A model generated the notes under the pieces. That model saw only the letters and a program-made list of their open reading frames with translations. It did no database searches and was not told the DNA's origin. From Sandaracinaceae bacterium (lineage in GTDB: Bacteria; Myxococcota_A; Polyangia; Polyangiales; Sandaracinaceae), in contig JAYRVK010001221.1 in the NCBI GenBank assembly GCA_041918555.1, forward strand, positions 1-37,277: DNA of 37,277 nt, given 5' to 3'. Shown here piece by piece: positions 1 through 6,343 of this stretch. Position numbers and translations under genes: made by a program. How positions within the stretch are numbered: position 1 is the first letter of the stretch; each line of letters begins with the position of its first letter.

Positions 1-1
1 C

Positions 2-325
2 ACCGCGGCGCGCGCCGAGCTAGCCCGGTTGCGCCCCCTCATCCCCGCCCCGCGCGCCTACCTAGATGAGCTCGACCAGGCGGGGCTCGCCCTCGCCCTC
101 GCCGATGCCGCGCTCGGCGCGGCCGTCCACGAGCTCGTGGCGCGCGCCGAGTCCGCCGCGGCGCTCGCCTCGGCTCGGGTACCCTACGCCGTCGCCCTCG
201 GCTGCGCCCCGGCGATCGACCGGACCGTGCGCATGCTCGACGCGCGGCGCAGTGGCCGCGACGGCTTCGCCCTCGTCGGCTGGGCCGTCGCCGAGTGCGC
301 CGCGGGGCGCTACGGGAGCGCGTGA
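2..325 (+). CDS. 3' end of an unidentified protein-coding gene; the ORF is open to the left window edge
   Basis: The frame has no stop from nt 2 to TGA at 323-325. Third-position GC is high. The Ala/Leu-rich sequence contains no motif I recognise. Confidence 0.35.
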   Translation, partial: TAARAELARLRPLIPAPRAYLDELDQAGLALALADAALGAAVHELVARAESAAALASARVPYAVALGCAPAIDRTVRMLDARRSGRDGFALVGWAVAECAAGRYGSA

Positions 326-397
326 GCATGCCCCGCCCCCCGCAAGACGACGTGCGATGCTTCACGGGTCCTGTGGAGCCTCCCGCGCGCGGTGCGC

Positions 398-474
398 TTT
401 ATAAAGATGGCGCAGAAATTCCGAAATCTGGCCCCGAGGTCGCTTTGAACTTGAACCGCCCGATTGAACCGCCC
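398..474 (+). promoter_or_regulatory. AT-rich patch (TTTATAAAG) followed by three direct TTGAAC repeats; candidate promoter/operator of the downstream operon
   Basis: TATAAA at 400-405 is the only AT-rich spot in about 1 kb. TTGAAC occurs at 445, 451 and 464, and the last two copies are the 11-mer TTGAACCGCCC. The repeats overlap the candidate TTG start codons. Confidence 0.3.
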
Positions 475-747
475 TGCTCCGCCCGGCTCGTCACGCGCAG
501 CGAGCTCGCGCGGATCGCGGGGGTGTCGCCGGCGGCGATCACCAAGGCCTGCAAGAACTCCCTCGCGCCGGCCGTGGTCGGCAAGCTCGTGGACCTTGAG
601 GCGACCTGCACCCTCTCCTACCTCGCGAAGTCCGGCGCCTCCCCGACGACGGTCCGACCGACGGAGGCCGATCTCGCCGCGCTGCGCGCGCAGCACGGGG
701 CGGTCTACCGCGTGTGCCTCCCCGATCTCGAGGAGGTCGTCCGATGA
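445..747 (+). CDS. Small helix-turn-helix DNA-binding protein (about 100 aa); the start is uncertain (TTG 445 or 451)
   Basis: It lies in the frame of ORF 295..747, downstream of the AT-rich patch. VTRSELARIAGVSPAAITKACKN is a typical HTH, with a layout reminiscent of Nu1/excisionase-like winged HTH proteins. Its stop overlaps the next start as ATGA at 744-747. Confidence 0.5.
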   Translation: MNLNRPIEPPCSARLVTRSELARIAGVSPAAITKACKNSLAPAVVGKLVDLEATCTLSYLAKSGASPTTVRPTEADLAALRAQHGAVYRVCLPDLEEVVR

Positions 748-1520
748 TCCCCTTCTGGGACGATGCGCCGGGGGCGTGGGAGACGCTGTCGCTCGGCGGG
801 GTGACGCTGCCGGGGCTCGCCTTCGTGTCGGGGCGCGTGGCTCGCAAGATGGACACGCGCTCGCGCGCGGGCGCGGACGGCGCGACGGTGCGCGATCGCG
901 GCTACGAGCCCGCGCAGATCGAGATCCACGTGAAGGTGTGGACCGCCGAGCAGCTTGAGCAGCTCGAGCAGATCCTCGCGACGATCCACCCGCGCAACGT
1001 CGTGCAGCCCACGACCCCGAATCAGGCGCGCGCCGAGCGCGACCTCGAGCGCGCGCGCCAGCGGGAGGCAGCGACGCGGACGGGACCCTTCGCCGGCGCG
1101 GTGGGCGAGACGGCGGGGGACTCTCTCGGCGCCTCGGCGTCAGCGGGCGCGGCCGTGGGCGACGCCTTCGCGGGCGCGAGCGCGACTGCGGCGCTCGAGG
1201 CGCAGGTGGCGACCGAACGCGCGCGGCCGCGGGCGCGAGCGACGCGGACGCCGCTCGACATCGCGCACCCCGCGACCGAGCTCCTCGGCATCCGCCGGGT
1301 CTATGTCACAGGGATCAGCGTCCCCGAGCTGCAGGGCGGCGAGTTCGTGACCACGATCAGCGCGCTCGAGTGGACCGAGGCGCCGCGCACCGCGCCGCCA
1401 CCGGCCGCGAACAGCGCGGGAGGGTCCTTCGCCGACGGGAACGACGCCTTCACGCGCCACCAAGCGGCGCAGCGACCGACCGCCGCGCCGCCCTCGCGCG
1501 TCCGGGGTCCGGGCTCATGA
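744..1520 (+). CDS. Phage-like protein; the N- and C-terminal segments resemble the Mu gpN 'DNA circulation' N-terminal domain, split by an Ala/Gly/Arg-rich low-complexity insert
   Basis: ATG at 744 is aa 11 of ORF 714..1520. LSLGGVTLPG...AGADGATVRDRGYEPAQIEIHVKVW...LEQIL and LDIAHPATELLGIRRVYVTGISVPE...FVTTISALEWTE fit my memory of PF07157 (FRGVxF..GRR..P..D.P.vEDLG..a..f.v.a.v...L..al...LvHP.lG...v.v......f.l.F.E). There are ATGA overlaps at both ends. Confidence 0.55.
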   Translation: MIPFWDDAPGAWETLSLGGVTLPGLAFVSGRVARKMDTRSRAGADGATVRDRGYEPAQIEIHVKVWTAEQLEQLEQILATIHPRNVVQPTTPNQARAERDLERARQREAATRTGPFAGAVGETAGDSLGASASAGAAVGDAFAGASATAALEAQVATERARPRARATRTPLDIAHPATELLGIRRVYVTGISVPELQGGEFVTTISALEWTEAPRTAPPPAANSAGGSFADGNDAFTRHQAAQRPTAAPPSRVRGPGS

Positions 1521-1846
1521 GCGAGCACGCCAAGGCGATCGCGCGGTTCGCGTGGATGGACGAGCGCGGCGTGAGGCAATCCGTCGAGGACCTCCCTGCC
1601 GCGGCGCGCGCGGAGCTCGCCGCTCTCGTAAGGGTCATCGAGGCGATCCCCGACGCGACCGAGCGGCGGCGCGTGTTGTTCGAGCGGATCGAGGCGGGGC
1701 CGACGCACGTGCGGATGGCGGCGCGCTACCTGCTCTGGCGTCAGCTGTACGGCGAGATCTGGCCGGTCGCCTTCGAGGAAGGGCCGCTCGCCATCGAGGA
1801 ACCGTCCCCGCAACTAAGCATGCGCAATCCAGGCGGCATGCAGTGA
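1517..1846 (+). CDS. Hypothetical 109-aa, probably helical protein
   Basis: ATG at 1517 (aa 50 of ORF 1370..1846) overlaps the upstream stop as ATGA. Its own stop overlaps the next start as GTGA. GC3 is high. Confidence 0.5.
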   Translation: MSEHAKAIARFAWMDERGVRQSVEDLPAAARAELAALVRVIEAIPDATERRRVLFERIEAGPTHVRMAARYLLWRQLYGEIWPVAFEEGPLAIEEPSPQLSMRNPGGMQ

Positions 1847-2484
1847 CGGCGCGCGACGGCACGGGCGCGTGGCGCGCCGAGCTCGATCCCCCGCGCGAGC
1901 GGCCGGAGTACACCGTGGGCGGGCATCTCGCGGCGCTCGGCGCCGCAGAAGCGTCGCCCGCCCCGACCGGACCGGCGCCCGCGATCCAGGTCCGCTCGTC
2001 CCCGCACCACGAGCCCGCGATCGTCATCGAGGCGGGGCCCTCGCCGGCCGCCGACGTGCGGCGCCACATCGTGCGCCGATGGCGGTCGACCGCGTGCACG
2101 CGCTGCGGCGGAACCTCGTGGGGTGCGCACGGGCCCGGGTGGCTCCGCCTGCCCGACGAGAACGGCGGCGCCGATGCGCCGGTCGTCGTGCTCTGGTGCA
2201 ACGGCTGCGGGGTGATGGAGTTCCTTCACGCCGCGGTGGTCGAGCACCGGCTGCTCGAGGCGGACCGCACGGGCGCGGATCCGACCCCGATCCCCGAGGC
2301 CCCGGCCGCGGCGCACGCCGAGGTCGAGCCCGCCCCGGCGCCAGCGTCGACGCGCGACGACGAGGGCCCTCCGAGCGCCGTCGCGGCGCTCCCTGGGGCG
2401 CAGTCGCTCGCGCCCGTCCTCGTCGTCGCCCTGGTCGTGCTCGGGCTCCTCGCGGCGGCGCTCAGCGCGGCGCTCGGGCCCTGA
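1843..2484 (+). CDS. Tail-anchored zinc-ribbon protein (CxxC...CxxC, Pro/Ala-rich linker, C-terminal TM helix)
   Basis: GTG at 1843 (aa 98 of ORF 1552..2484) overlaps the upstream stop as GTGA. It contains CTRCGG...WCNGCG and ends in the hydrophobic stretch LAPVLVVALVVLGLLAAALSAALGP. Confidence 0.5.
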   Translation: MTARDGTGAWRAELDPPRERPEYTVGGHLAALGAAEASPAPTGPAPAIQVRSSPHHEPAIVIEAGPSPAADVRRHIVRRWRSTACTRCGGTSWGAHGPGWLRLPDENGGADAPVVVLWCNGCGVMEFLHAAVVEHRLLEADRTGADPTPIPEAPAAAHAEVEPAPAPASTRDDEGPPSAVAALPGAQSLAPVLVVALVVLGLLAAALSAALGP

Positions 2485-2598
2485 GCTACGCGGCTCGCTT
2501 CCCCGGCAGCCTCGTCGGCGCCCCCCGCAGACACCCTATGAGGGCTCCGCGAGCGCGGGCCGCGGCGCCCTCTTCAACCGGCCCGCGAGGATACGAAC

Positions 2599-2847
2599 AT
2601 GCCGAGCAAGCCAAGCCCCTACGTCACCACCAGCAGCAACGAGCTCGCCGTCGCGATCCCCGTCGACGTCCCCCTGTACGGCGCGGGCGTCGTGCTCTTC
2701 TATGGCCACCCTCGGGCCCTCCAGGCCGTGCCTGGGCCGCATGCCGAGCCGCAGCGGAGGGCGCTTGAGCAAGGCCGCGCCATCCTCGAGGGTCGCAAGG
2801 ACGAGCTCGAGGCCATGCTCGCGGCAGCGCGGTCGGCGCGCCGGTAA
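2599..2847 (+). CDS. Hypothetical 82-aa protein
   Basis: ATG at 2599 is preceded by GAGGA eight nt upstream. GC3 is consistently high. I see no recognisable motif. Confidence 0.4.
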   Translation: MPSKPSPYVTTSSNELAVAIPVDVPLYGAGVVLFYGHPRALQAVPGPHAEPQRRALEQGRAILEGRKDELEAMLAAARSARR

Positions 2848-3010
2848 GCGCTCAGCGGGCGCCGTCGTCGGGTGCGCTCTCGGGCGCCTCGACGACGGAC
2901 GCCGGCTGCCGGCGCGCACTGCTGCGACGAGGTAGCGCTAAAAAGGCGCGTCGAGGCCCGGTAGGGAGTGGCCGGATGGAAGGCCGCGCTCTCGCTCTGC
3001 TCGCACGGTG

Positions 3011-3037
3011 GCTCGCGCTCTTGTGATCGCGAGCACA
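3011..3037. promoter_or_regulatory. Overlapping inverted repeats upstream of the antitoxin gene (candidate TA operator)
   Basis: GCTCGCG (3011-3017) pairs with CGCGAGC (3028-3034). TGTGATCGCGAGCACA (3022-3037) is a 14/16 palindrome. The repeats lie 43-69 nt upstream of GTG 3080. Confidence 0.3.
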
Positions 3038-3079
3038 CGTCCACTCGCGCCCGGAGGGCGAACGTGCGATCTTCGATAC

Positions 3080-3658
3080 GTGGCTGGGGACGAGCGCAAG
3101 GATCGCCTCCTAGCGGCTGCGTCGCAGGTACTGGACGCTGCCCCCAGGAAGCGCATGAACATCGTCAAGATCAACAAGGCGTTGTTCTACGCGGACATCC
3201 TCGCCTTGCGGGACCTCGGCAACACCATCACGCGGAACACGTTCCTGGCCCTCGATCAGGGCCCGGTGGTCGCGAAGTACGACAAGCACCTGGTGAAGGC
3301 GATGGAGAAGGCAGGGCTCGGCCGGCAGCTCAAGATCGGCAAGGCTAAGCCGCTCGAGCTGACCGCCGCCCCCATGCGGGGCCCCCTCACCGACGACGAG
3401 GTCAGGCTCCTTCGCATCGTCAGCGGCTCCCTCACCCACGCGACGTCGGCGGACGCATCCGCCTTCTCGCACGAGAACCACGCGTGGCGCCTCGCCTACG
3501 AGGCGGGCCTGGGCGCGGGTGGACCGCCGAAACCGGTGAACCTCGTACTCGCGATGCAGCAGATGGTGGACCCGGATCCGTGGCTCGCAACGACCGACGG
3601 AGCGACCGCCGCCGCGCTGGCTCGCGTGGGTGTGGACCCGGACGAGCAATGGGACTGA
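3080..3658 (+). CDS. Panacea-domain (DUF4065, SocA/GepA-like) antitoxin candidate; the start is uncertain (GTG 3080, or ATG 3155 with a better AGGAAG SD)
   Basis: LLAAASQVLDAAPRKRMNIVKINKALFYADILALRDLGNTITRNTFLALDQGPV matches the remembered DUF4065 signature (helix, then i.kLqKLLYyA, then G.pit...f.a...GPV). Its stop overlaps the downstream toxin-like gene by 10 nt. Confidence 0.7.
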   Translation: MAGDERKDRLLAAASQVLDAAPRKRMNIVKINKALFYADILALRDLGNTITRNTFLALDQGPVVAKYDKHLVKAMEKAGLGRQLKIGKAKPLELTAAPMRGPLTDDEVRLLRIVSGSLTHATSADASAFSHENHAWRLAYEAGLGAGGPPKPVNLVLAMQQMVDPDPWLATTDGATAAALARVGVDPDEQWD

Positions 3659-4032
3659 CCCCGGGTCAGATCAAGTGGCGTGTTCTGGACGCTGCGCAGA
3701 AGTGCCTCACCCCGATCCGGCGGATGAACGGGGCGGTCTACGAGGCCAGTCGGGACGCGCTGCAGCAGTTCCTCTGCGCCTACTTCGACTCGGACACGGA
3801 CTGCATCCACGGTATCGACGGGAGCGTGGCCTGCATCGGCGCCAACGGCTCGAGGAAGCACCTGAAGGTCAGGTGGGCCCTTCCCGGGGGCGGCAAGCGC
3901 GGCGGGCTGCGCCTCGCCGTGGCCGTTGACTGCGCGGCTCAGCAGGTCTGGATCGCTGGCGCGTGGGAACGGAAGAGCGACCCCGACGACGCCGACTTCG
4001 AACGGGCGCTGAACGACGTTCCCTCCGAGTAG
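3649..4032 (+). CDS. RelE/HigB-type (Gp49-like) toxin candidate, 127 aa
   Basis: ATG at 3649 is aa 56 of ORF 3484..4032. SRKHLKVRWALPGGGKRGGLRLAVAVDCAAQQVWIAGAWERKSDPDD resembles the RelE/HigB core 'RKlR....gKrGGyRviy.....i.ll.iy.K.e..d'. Confidence 0.65.
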   Translation: MGLTPGQIKWRVLDAAQKCLTPIRRMNGAVYEASRDALQQFLCAYFDSDTDCIHGIDGSVACIGANGSRKHLKVRWALPGGGKRGGLRLAVAVDCAAQQVWIAGAWERKSDPDDADFERALNDVPSE

Positions 4033-4159
4033 ATCCCCGGCTCGATCCCCGGCAACCTCTCCCGGATCGTCTCCCTGCGTCCCCGGTCGCCCTCGACACC
4101 GCCCGTGCTCGCCCCGAAAACGCCCATGGATCGGTACCGCGTCGCGATCGAAGGAGACC

Positions 4160-4201
4160 TTCCCAAGCTGAATGTCGACGGTTCGATCCCGTTCACCCGC
4201 T
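4160..4201 (+). other. tRNA-Gly(CCC) 3' half-like fragment (anticodon loop to discriminator); candidate attR scar, not an intact tRNA
   Basis: It reads TTCCCAA / GCTGA / ATGTC / GACGG-TTCGATC-CCGTT / CACCCGC / T. The T arm pairs 5/5, counting one G-U pair, and the T loop is canonical. There is no 5' acceptor strand (GCGGGTG), no D arm, and the upstream pentamer AGACC does not pair with GCTGA. Confidence 0.4.
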
Positions 4202-4267
4202 ACTCGGTTCGTCCTCCGGCCGGATCCGGCCGTGCTCGCGGTGCGGCGATCCTCCGCAACGCGGCGC

Positions 4268-4576
4268 TCAGGCCTTCTTCACGAACTCGGCCTTGAGCAT
4301 GATGCTCATCCCGTCGATCTTGCAGTCGAGCTCGTGGTCTCCGTCGACGAGGCGGATGTTCTTCACCTTGGTGCCGACCTTGAGGGTCGTGGTACTGCCC
4401 TTGAGCTTGAGGGCCTTCACGAGCGTGACGCTGTCGCCGTCGGTGAGGACGTTGCCGTTCGCGTCGCGGACCTGGCGCGCGCGCGGCCACTCGTGGCCGC
4501 ACGTCGCGCACTCGAAGTGATCGGGCGCGTCGAGGACCTCCGTCATCGTGCAGACGGGACAGGCTTGGTCGGTCAT
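4268..4576 (-). CDS. yjdM: Zinc-ribbon protein YjdM (PhnA family)
   Basis: The 102 aa are colinear with E. coli YjdM/PhnA as I remember it. It has CPVC...CATCGHEW, then RDANGNVLTDGDSVTLVKALKLKGSTTTLKVGTKVKNIRLVDGDHELDCKIDG...LKAEFVKKA. The ATG overlaps the upstream stop as ATGA. Confidence 0.9.
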   Translation of the reverse strand: MTDQACPVCTMTEVLDAPDHFECATCGHEWPRARQVRDANGNVLTDGDSVTLVKALKLKGSTTTLKVGTKVKNIRLVDGDHELDCKIDGMSIMLKAEFVKKA

Positions 4577-5734
4577 CGGACGCTCGTAGCGCCCAGGATC
4601 TCCACGCGCCAGGGCTCGGCGATTCGGTAGCCGCCCTCGACGGTCTCCACGACGTCGCGCAGGCCGAGGTCGCGCAAGCGGTTGATCGCGACCTGCAAGC
4701 GGCGCACGCCGGAGGTGCCGACCATCTTCTCGCCAGGCCACCCAGCCTCGAGGAGCTCGTCGACCGCGACCTCGCGGGCGCCGCGGCGCGCCGCCTCGGC
4801 GAGGCACAGGAGGAGGCGGCCGAGGAGGGGGCGACGCGCGAGGTCCACGTCGCCGAAGCGCGCGGTGCGCGCGGCGCGTCCGTCGCGCGCGACGAGGACC
4901 ACCGGGGCTCGACGCGGTCGTCGATCCAGCGCTGGATCAGGCGCGCCGCGAGGCGGACGTCGCTGACCGCTTCACCCGATCCGTCCGCGGCGCGCAGCAA
5001 GTCGGGCGAGGCGCGCTCGAGGAGGCCGCTTGCGCGCGCACGCGCCTCGGGCGCATCGATCTGGCTGGCGCGCAGCGCGAGGACGAGCTCCACGGCCGCG
5101 GCGAGCAGCTCGACGGCGAGGCGGAAGTTCGAGGGCCCGAGGTCGTGGCGCGCCGCGCGCGCGAGCTGCTCGCGCGCGATGCTCGGGTCGTGCGCCTCCG
5201 CGAGGAGGAACGCGAGGAGGGCCCGCAGCACCGCGCGATACGGGGGCGCGCCCAGTGCGTCGAAGCGATCGAGGCCTCGAGCGCGGCAGGCACGTCGCCC
5301 GCGCCGCGCTCGAGCGCGGCGAGCGCACGATACCCGCCAGAGACGTGCACGAGCAGCGCGTCACCGGAGCGCGCCGCGCCCTGCGCCGCGCCGTCGTAGC
5401 GCGCGATGGCGGCGTCGAGATCCCCCTCTACGTGCAGCTGGATGGCCCAGGCCGCGTCGAGGTAGGCGGCGAGGTAGTCGTGGCCGTGTCGCGCGAGGAG
5501 CGGGCGCGCGCGCTCGGCCGCGGGGGCTCGATCCTCGAGGTGCTGCGCCGCCTGCTGGTCGCCTCCGGCGTCGTCGCGCCGGAGCGCGCGCTCCACGCGG
5601 TGCTCGGACGGCAGCCGACGCCGGCGCGGCTCCACGAGCAGCTCGCGACGCACCTCTTCGCTCGGCGCTACGCGTACGAGCGCAGGGGCGTCGCGTCGAT
5701 CGCGCGCGAGCACCGGGCGCGCTCGGGCGTGCAT
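4573..5734 (-). pseudogene. TPR-like regulator with a C-terminal OmpR/BTAD-type winged helix, readable only by joining three frames (two frameshifts)
   Basis: Frame A (ORF 4937..5734) is sensible down to about ...ALERGAGDVPAA near 5285. Frame B (ORF 4200..5231 and upstream) reads ...LDRFDALGAPPYRAVLRALLAFLLAEAHD...LIQRWIDDRVEPR down to about 4905. Frame C (ORF 4573..4902) reads VVLVARDG...DELLEAGWPGEKM...RLQVAINRLRDLGL...EGGYRI. Each frame turns into Arg/Ser/Pro nonsense after its switch point. Confidence 0.5.
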
Positions 5735-5782
5735 CGCGCGGAGTCCGAGGCGCCCGAGCTCCTCCTCGCGTGGTCGGCGTGA

Positions 5783-6256
5783 TCAGCGCTTCTGCTTCTG
5801 GTACGTGCCCATCAACGTGGCCTTGCCGAGGAAGTGCTCGCGCAGGGTCTCGAGGATCTGCGGCCGCGTCGGCTCGCCGAGATCGCCGAGGACCACGTCG
5901 AGGGCGTAGAGCTCGAAGAAGTAGCGGTGACGGCCGATCGGTGGGCAGGGTCCTCCCCAGCCCGTGCGCTTCCAGTCGTTCAGCCCCTCGCGAGCGCCTG
6001 GGGGCAGCGTCGAGACCCCCGCGGGGAGCCCCGGCGCGTCCGGCGGGAGATCGTAGAGCACCCAGTGCGTCCACGTCGTCTTCGGGTGCGCCGGATCGGG
6101 CGCGTCCGGGTCGGCCACGACCAAGGCGAGCGAGCGCGCGACCGCGGGGACGCCGGTCCACGCGAGCGGGGGCGAGACGTCCTCCCCCTCGCACGTGTAG
6201 CGCGCGGGGATCTCGGCTCCGTCCGCGAACGCGGGGCTCGTCAACGTCATGTGCAT
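5783..6256 (-). CDS. YbhB/YbcL family Raf-kinase-inhibitor-like protein (PEBP)
   Basis: This is the C-terminal 157 aa of ORF 5783..6805. [43 protein letters not shown] and [19 protein letters not shown] are hallmark bacterial PEBP motifs. Confidence 0.9.
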   Translation of the reverse strand: MHMTLTSPAFADGAEIPARYTCEGEDVSPPLAWTGVPAVARSLALVVADPDAPDPAHPKTTWTHWVLYDLPPDAPGLPAGVSTLPPGAREGLNDWKRTGWGGPCPPIGRHRYFFELYALDVVLGDLGEPTRPQILETLREHFLGKATLMGTYQKQKR

Positions 6257-6343
6257 GCCTCCGAGGTACACGCGACGGCGCCCGTCGACCAGTCGCTTGT
6301 CGGGCCGCGCGCGGTGGCTAGGTCCACGACGAGGAGGCTCGTC

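Noticed and set aside
3008-3079. GTG 3008 as the start of the Panacea antitoxin gene
   Set aside because: It would place the inverted repeats at 3011-3037 inside the CDS. It has no Shine-Dalgarno sequence, and the first 24 residues are low-complexity. GTG 3080 or ATG 3155 are more plausible, though this remains unresolved.
4033-4060. A second T-arm-like motif, CCGGCTCGATCCCCGG
   Set aside because: The loop is CTCGATCC rather than TTCRANY, and there is no adjacent acceptor-like sequence. It is probably chance similarity.
4126-4201. An intact tRNA gene ending at 4201
   Set aside because: No 5' acceptor strand complementary to CACCCGC, no D arm and no pairing 5' anticodon stem could be found within about 95 nt upstream. 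Only the 3' half is tRNA-like, so I report it as a fragment.
5179-6321. Many long ORFs with Arg/Pro/Gly/Ala-rich translations, for example 5179..6321+, 6475..8181+, 6947..9097-, 8254..9612+, 8837..11299+, 17641..19116-, 19577..21145-, 20401..23808-, 22959..24944+, 24891..26405-, 31196..34810+ and 34096..35424-
   Set aside because: They overlap, in alternative frames or antisense, genes with clear family motifs. Their composition is what about 75% GC DNA yields in non-coding frames, and none has a recognisable motif. I treat them as artefacts.
5834-6343. A 170-aa N-terminal extension of GroEL in ORF 5834..7969
   Set aside because: The extension is antisense to the well-supported PEBP gene. 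Canonical GroEL begins at ATG 6344, which has a GAGGAGG Shine-Dalgarno sequence.
6257-6343. A CIRCE/HrcA operator upstream of groEL
   Set aside because: No TTAGCACTC-N9-GAGTGCTAA-like inverted repeat is present in the 87-bp region.
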